A DNA stretch of 55,801 bases, the filler included, from Catajapyx aquilonaris (Eukaryota): assembly GCA_000934665.2 (NCBI GenBank). It is 2 parts of 2 records of this genome, joined end to end, with 100 filler letters (N's around TTAATTAATTAA, not from the genome) between each part and the next. Parts side by side here need not be neighbours in the genome. Positions count along the whole stretch, not along the records: positions 27,898 to 55,801 come from JYFJ02004997.1; 1 more part is not named here. One strand, given 5' to 3'. Numbering within the stretch: the stretch's first letter is position 1; each line of letters opens with the position of its first letter. Shown piece by piece: positions 48,576 through 55,801 of the stretch. The notes below the pieces were generated by a model. The model was given only the letters and a program-made list of their open reading frames with translations. It was not told the origin of the DNA and did not search any database. The translations under genes and the position numbers were made by a program.

Positions 48576-49178
48576 TACTCATCCTCTATTGTACGCATTT
48601 TCGCGGTTTCTTTTAGTGGTACCTGGCAATAGAGACTTGAGGAAGCGGACAAGGGCAACTGAACTTTTGCTCCAGGTTACACTAGAAGTCGTGTTTTGAG
48701 TGCAAAAACAGCTGCTCTTTTCAAGCTGCTGTATCGTCCACAAGGTTCAGCGGTGCGCTTTGATTATGGAGGATGTATAGCCTCCTGAGACCCGAGAAGA
48801 ATTGAGTAAAGCGATGTCAGTTCCTAGTGCATTTTCTGAACAAACCAATGAGAACCAATTGCTACAGCTACAGCCAATTGCTGCTACAAAAGCAGAACGG
48901 ATGAAAGCTGAAAATTTAAATACCACTTAATGGATCACTAACATAGTTCTCTATCCTCCAAACAATGTTTTTTTACATTCATTTGTGGAATTCGTGGTAG
49001 CAATTCGTCTCAGAAGACAATTAAAGATAAATGAAATAATTTTTGAATGCCACCACTCCAGGGATGGGGCTTGCTCCTTCCCTTCTTACCCCCTAGCGTA
49101 GTACATGGTACCTCACTTTCTAGATTTTAAAACTGAACTGTATAGTGCAAAGCACACTTTCTTATGGGTGTATAGGTA

Positions 49179-49340
49179 CAGTGTTGGTCACATATCGAGG
49201 CAACCGCCAGCGACATTTTTCCGAAGCAGCAGAAGAAGGAATCGAAGATAAGCATGCTACAAGCCGGGCGAACAAGATTCCTTCTTCTGCCGCTTTGGAA
49301 AAATGTCGCTGGCGGTTGCCTCGATATATGACCAACACTG
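49179..49340. mobile_element. Palindromic MITE, relative of 39340/39561
   Basis: TIR cagtgttggtca; shared core gaagataag...caagccgggcg; gTA/TAc flanks. Confidence 0.85.
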
Positions 49341-49481
49341 TACATGCACACAGCCCATTCAGCAAAAAAAAAAAAACATTGTTTTTCGAATGTCGTGCAT
49401 GTCCATTTAAATGGGCATTTGGTCTCACGAATAAAAGAAAATGACCAGTTCTCTACAGCAACAAAGATTGTCACAGACACA

Positions 49482-50483
49482 TCTTAATCTATATTTTTGT
49501 TTGTTTGTTTGTTTGTCCTCATAGAAATCCAGGGGAAGGCCCCTACACCGCCTTAAATTAGCATATCGGGGGTTACATTTTCCAAGGAATCTAACGCCGC
49601 ATGTTTCAGCTTCCGAAAATGAACGTAACTCCCACAACACGCATATTCCCGAATCTTCTCACTTCTCGGGCCTCATCAATAACAATATATAAATTTGCAT
49701 TCCCATGGACATGCCTTTTTTTAAATGTGGCTATTTACCTCCCTGCATCGTACAGCAGGGAGGGAACCTTTATTTCGTCTTGATGGAACCTGTTTCACGT
49801 AGCGCCCGGGCCCACGGGCAGAGTGACTAAGGTGCAAGTGCAATTCTCAAAGGGTACATTTTGTGAACTCCCCCGAGTGGATTAGTCTGAGGAGATTCCA
49901 CCCGAAACGAAGCCAGAGACGACCCAACTCTGCACGAGATGAAGGGGGAAACCCCGGGCTGGGATCGAACCCGGGACCTTAATATCCGTGGGAGCATACG
50001 TTTCCGCAGCGCCACTTCGTCTCCCCTAGGAATAAATGCCCTTATGCCACAATACCTAGCAAATTAAACAATCTCCGTAAATTCAACGCATCGACCAATT
50101 ACGCTAATTGGCCACCTCACCTGAGTTCGTATCTTATGGTAATTCCGGGATTTTGTGTGATTTTGAAATAGACTTCCAGACAAAAGTAAATACAATAAAA
50201 TAATTACAGTATTTACAAATATTACTCCGTGTTGAAAACAAAATTTTCCACAATGCATCTGTACGTACATTTCTAAAGTTCTTTAGAGCAAACATATGGG
50301 ACGAGGTGGAGGTGTGATTATAACTTATAAGGCCCATTTTAAGACATATCGAGTTTCGAGTGTATGGAAGGGAATTTTTTACAAACAAACACATTTCCTA
50401 ATATACTTTATAGTGTATATGTACTGTACCCCTACTTTTACCAGCACCCCAACATACCCGGGCAACGCCGGGTAACCTGCTAG
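49482..50483 (+). mobile_element. Non-autonomous Helitron (contains an inserted SINE)
   Basis: A|TC start followed by (GTTT)n; 3' hairpin cccgggcaacgccggg, then CTAG|T at 50480-50484. Pairing of the two ends is inferred. Confidence 0.6.
49716..50026 (-). mobile_element. tRNA-derived SINE (family X relative, tail type 3)
   Basis: Box B ggttcgatccc; body similar to the 37410 and 48229 copies; terminal hairpin cctccctgc...gcagggagg, then A-tract. No clear TSD. Confidence 0.75.
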
Positions 50484-51530
50484 TCTTTTAGTATTTCCTA
50501 ATGCACATTCCTTGAGAATCCCAGGACATTCACTGCATTGCGAAAATTGCACTCTAAATATGAGTAAAAATTAAATTAAACTGATCAGATAAACTGATCA
50601 GAAAAAAGCAGCAGCCATCAATCGATACTTTGCCCTACAAACATCGGGTAGAGGGCGATATCAATGCGAAAATGAGCAATTTTTTCCGCCGCAAACAGAC
50701 AGTATAACCAAGAAGGCTAGAGTAGTAGAAGCGTTCACTCAATGTAATTGGCCAATTGACAGCATTTGAAGGGCCCCTTGATGGGGCCCGGGAAAGGGCA
50801 TAGAGCCAAAGAGCTTCCGATGGGAGCGGATGCGGCGCTGTCGTCGACAGAATAAAATGAAAATGAAAATGTTTTAATATAGTATTAACGTGTATAATTT
50901 TTACCTGTGGTTAATATATACACTACTTCAAACTGGATGTGGTTTTTGTTACAATACATGGAAATGGAGTTCTTTTCAAACACGAGGCAACCTTGGAAGG
51001 CAAGGCAACTACGGTAATGACATCACTACTCCCCTACCCACTTTTTTTGATGCGACGCCAGCGCTGCGGTAGCTCCAATCCGAACTAAACGGGTTGCGGG
51101 GGTGGGGGTGGGCGGNNNNGGGGGGGGCTGGGTCGGTCACAGTTTTCCCGTCGAGTGAACGATTCTCTTATACTCAAATGCTCTTGGTATAACTGTTTCG
51201 CTTCTGTCTTAATTACAATTAAACTATTGTGATTAATTCGATCATAAAGTCATTCCGACGCGAAAGTGATGTTGGCACGATCAATGATTAAAAATAAGTG
51301 CTTGGTTTTTTAAAGGCTGGGTAGTTACTCCCCCAAAAATCGCAAATATAGGCATCATCGCACACGGCCATCAAAATTGGACACTTTTCTCTCTTCTTTC
51401 TCCGATAAAAAGTAGGCATATCGAATTAAAGCCCAAGCTTGGCCAGTCACAATATTATAATATACGCATATATTGCACAGATTTAAACAAGGTCTATAAT
51501 GACACTTGTTGACCCCGCAGGTCAATAAAA

Positions 51531-51532
<2 letters not shown>

Positions 51533-51604
<72 letters not shown>
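51533..51604. repeat. (ATT)n microsatellite
   Basis: Direct observation. Confidence 0.95.
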
Positions 51605-51720
51605 GACACTTTGCATTAATTTTTTGGACTATCCATTTTTGATATTACCGCCGCGAAACACAGGGGCCCGTATTTAATAATGGACAGCAGGTCCCGATGA
51701 CTTGATTGACCCTTATTAAA

Positions 51721-51945
51721 CTTGAAACGTGGGGTCCGTCTCAGACCCCAGGGTATATATGCCACCACCCCTACCTAAGCAAGCATTTGTCAAAATGAAA
51801 AATCGCACACCTGTATTCCTCAAATATACTCTTTCATACCTGAGAAAAAATTATGGGGGACATTTTTTTTAAAAAAATCGAGTTATTGTCATTAAAACGC
51901 TCACGAGTCGTCTTGGGGTCCAAAAAGGATCCCACGCGTTTCAAG
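51721..51945. mobile_element. TTAA-flanked (piggyBac-like) MITE
   Basis: Imperfect TIR cttgaaacgtgggg...gacccca / tggggtc...cccacgcgtttcaag; TTAA adjacent to both ends. Confidence 0.5.
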
Positions 51946-54746
51946 TTAAGCATGGCTAAATACTGAAGGTTGAGAATGTTTTCGTAGGAGATATTGGTAA
52001 GTAACGTTAAAATTATTCTTTTTGTAGACTTCTGCCACTATTGTTGTCATGGTTATTCGGATATTTTTAGCAATGCGAAAAATGACTTGAAAAATGCGGT
52101 ATACCTTCATGCATTATGGAATAAATGTTTGTGTCTGTGTATCTTCAATAATTGTAGGAATATTTTTTCTAAGTCAACAATGATTGTCTGTATTGTTACC
52201 TTTGTTGGTAGGAACTGGAATTAATAACATCTTCTCATCATCGTTACATGCGTACGAGCCAGTGATACAGCCTACTTGGCAGAGTCGCACCCAGAATATG
52301 ATCTTTATCTTTCCAGAAGAGCAGGCGAGCGATTTTTTTTTTTGGTGGAGGTGATGAGACTGATGACATAATAGGCTAAACACCGGGGGGGGGGTTCGCC
52401 AAATGATGACTAAGTATGACGAGGGGGGGAGGAGGGGGTTCAAAACTGTCAAAAAAGTGATGACGTAATATGTGTACGGCCCCAGTTCACCTCCGTATGA
52501 TATGAAATTCGTTGGAGCTTTACAACAATGCCTATGGCATAGTTATTATTGGATTATTGGTGAGGTAGAAAATGAGGGAGGGCGACAGGGGAATAATTTT
52601 TACTCGATGCATTCCGTTAGTAATGAACCAGCTGGCTATAGGCACGGAATCCATTGTTTTCTTTGTCATCTGTAACCGAGTGGTAATTAAAAGGTGTACT
52701 GATGTGTAGGGTACTCGTAGGTGGTTATTTGTGTCGATATCGCTGAATGATCGATTTACAAAGCTGTCTTACAGTGACCTACAGTGTACCTACAGTGTAC
52801 CTACAGTGACTTGTTGTATCAATTGCTATGCAAGATACTGATGGAATTTACAGGCCTGGACATTTTAAAATGTACCGCCTGTTATTTTTTTCTTCTCCCA
52901 CTAGGTAAGCACTGCATGAGTTTGTGGTCGTGAACATGGGCTGGGGTAAGTGTGCACATATTGATCCACCCTACAGCCGTTTTTTGTGGCGATACCTTTT
53001 CATGTCAGCAGTGGGCCAGTTTACATTGACAAACTTTGGGGTCGTAGGGTCCAATTTTTTCCACTCCACTTCAAACGAGAGAGGTGAGTATGTTCTCCTC
53101 CTTTCCATGCTCCCGCTTCCTTTGGTTCATCCTTTGCCTTCAAACTTCTGGAATGATGGATCTTGCGTCAGGAATAGGGGGAGCGTGACATAAATTGCGT
53201 TGATTGCATTAAGAAAATTACGGCCAAGTTTCCTCTTGCATTATTTGGCGTTCCCTGGATGCAGAGATTGTCGGCTTTCTATCTTGAGTAGGAGGTTCCA
53301 CACAGCAGCCATGTGCCCATGTCTGTACCGAAGGGCTGTGCTGTGCACAATTCCCAGAATAGGAAGCGGGATGTGGACAGATCCTTTTCGGAGCCTGTGT
53401 GGTGACTGTGGGAACTCTCCACATGTCTTCTTTCGCCTCACGAGAAAAGGAAATGCGTATACCAGATTCAGCTAGCATACTGTTGTTCTCAACCATTTGG
53501 GTAGAATGCAACCCTTGTAGTACTCACATGCATTGTCACTTACCTTCCCTTTTCTTTGGCCATAAATTCACAGATTTTGACCACTTAAGACGTCCGCATT
53601 CTCGAGGCAGCTTACTCAACCCCCATTTTCATAAAGTTATGTAACACTGATTTCTTCCCCCACCCCTCTGTGCAAAAATATGTTTCGTGTCATTCTCGTC
53701 TGCTACACAAAACCGCGAAACTTTCCTTGCATTACGCGGTAACGAACCTTGAGTTAGAACGGCTGATCTCCAAGGTCCCGCGGCACAGCAAGGAAAAAAG
53801 GTGACAAAACTTTTCATTTGAAAAAGACAGCCGCAAACCATTTTTCCGCATTTTTCACTGTTGTACGAATTAACTCCATTTGATAATTTGTGCGTAGTTT
53901 ACACTGCATATTATAACATTGTTCGATGTTTTCTGGGCCAGTAACGAGCGAAACTCCCAAGTTTCTGAATTTCGAAATAGATAGTGGAAGGCTGCAGGAT
54001 TAATCAACAGATTTTGCTGCATAGATTTTGCTTCCCACGCAGGCTGTCTTGTGGCAACATAACCTTAATACTGTTTTTGTGATTTTTCACCATGTCTGAC
54101 GCATTCAATAACCTATGCCCATACCCTTTAAAACTCTCCCTAACCAAGCCAGTGCCTTTTTGATGTCGCATAAATATGTTTCCTCCGACCCGATTTCTTC
54201 AGCACAATATAGGCTAAAGCATCACGCTAGTAGGTAACCCCACAACCATTGCTTTATGAACCGTGCATGAATCCCTTTCATCCCCTCGTTTACTTCCCAT
54301 ACACCTTAGCTCCCTGCGCGGTTGTAAGTCGAACAGCGCTGTCAAGATGCGCCATAATAGTCTGCCATGAGTTGGGCCGACAGGGAGCCCCGTAACTCAT
54401 CCGTATCGGTGTGGTATATCATTCTGAATCAGGAAATGTATATAAAAAAGGAATTTGCGTTCAACAACCGGCCACTACCTGCAAACTGCATAATGAAGGT
54501 TGACGCCTATTTATTTGTCACTGATTACCCAGGAGTACGTGCTTGGCTCGGCCGCCGTAAGTGAAGACTGGTTCTAGAGGTGGGAAGTGCAAGTTTGAAT
54601 TTCCCTTGGACGCATTGACACTTCGGTAAGAGGACTTGGGACCGAGTCCGAAACTTTGTACCCTGGAGTTTTGGGGTTGGACTAATACTTGAACATCAGA
54701 CGATATCAGATGACCTCCGCCGGGTATATACTGTACTGTCATGTGC

Positions 54747-55285
54747 CTAAGAAGTAATGGCAGCCAGGAATTTCAGCAGGGAGAGGAAGTCTGGATGTAG
54801 GGACACGACTGTAGAAAAATACTGTACAAGTAGAGCTCTGGTAACAGATCTAAGAGAGTGTAGGTTGGCGGAAATGAGACTTGATGGATGCGCATGACCA
54901 TAGTTGGGGAGCATGATCGGGATAGGTAAAGAGGCTGGTCGCTGGGTGAAAATCATCAAAAAGTGGAGGGTGAGTGGCATCCTTTCTCCTAGAGAGCCAT
55001 TATGTTGCACTTTGCATTCGACCCCCCACTCTCCCAGATAAGATCGGGCCAAATTTGTTTCCATGCTGCTTCCAACTTCATTTCCTCCTTCCCCCGCCTG
55101 ATTTTAATTGAAGGATTCGGGAGCTGCCGCGGCAAGGGCCAAACTGGCAAGATAAGGCCGAAAGTTGTCAGCCCTCCCTAGAGAGGGGATAACGGGTACA
55201 AGTGCTGACTTTCCTCCGCCCCCTTCTCAGCCAGACTAAGGGAGCTCTTGTAGTCTTGACAAGTTTCTGGAGTCTTGTTGTTAGT
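54747..55285 (-). pseudogene. Possible decayed 3' part of an I-group LINE ORF2
   Basis: ...LAEKGRRKV...YLASLA...WKQIW...LHSLR...LLKFLAAITS loosely resembles the RNase H to C-terminus region. Confidence 0.3.
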
Positions 55286-55801
55286 TTGCAGAAGCCTGGA
55301 GGAGGGATCAACAAAGGGGCATCGCTCTTGCGTGCGTTCTCATTGTTGACGGATACATGGAAATGTGTTTAGCCTATTCATATTAAGTAGTTTTTCTCCT
55401 GACGAGGAATGTGGTTACACAAAATGGCCCTCTGCGTTTAGGGATGCCAGCGCGAGTAGACGTGGAACGATCACGGCACTTAGGATTGAGTTGACAGAAA
55501 TTATGGGTTTGTCGCTGCATTGTTGTGGGATCATTACATAAATTAGAGTATTCCTGTCATTTTTAAGGGTGAAGTTGGATGGATTTTTCACCGTCACTGA
55601 AAAACTGAATCTGTACTCGTGCATCGATGTGCATTATTGTCACATCGAATAACCATTGCTTCAGTGGATAATCATACTCTCTCACTGGTCTTGGTAATTA
55701 TAATAAATTGGCAACAATCACAGTACATTAATGCCGACGTGTAAATGCACGTGGCTGCATTGTAGCCTGATTATACAGGGTGATCAAACTTTTTTGTCGT
55801 T

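Overview
Repeat-dense eukaryotic DNA, probably from an invertebrate animal. I see no intact protein-coding gene, and no CRISPR, rRNA or true tRNA. An artificial 100-nt gap spacer at 27798-27897 splits the window. LEFT (1-27.7 kb): a shuffled, partly triplicated mosaic of decayed reading-frame fragments, almost all on the minus strand. It holds Helitron Rep and PIF1-helicase remnants, a hAT dimerisation-domain remnant, two copies of an apparently intronless DCAF11/WDR23-like WD40 gene, a possible RING/coiled-coil remnant, a LINE whose ORF1 is split by a MITE, and about eight pieces of an unrecognised paralogous protein family. It is best read as decayed copies of a large cargo-carrying element (Helitron-like or viral); that reading is inference. 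RIGHT (27.9-55.8 kb): ordinary intergenic or intronic sequence full of MITEs, fold-back elements, tRNA-derived SINEs with swapped 3' tails, a non-autonomous Helitron and decayed LINE pieces. Two RTE-derived short retroposons have a 5' end that fits an HDV-like ribozyme topology. All translations and alignments were done by eye, so boundaries of decayed features are approximate.
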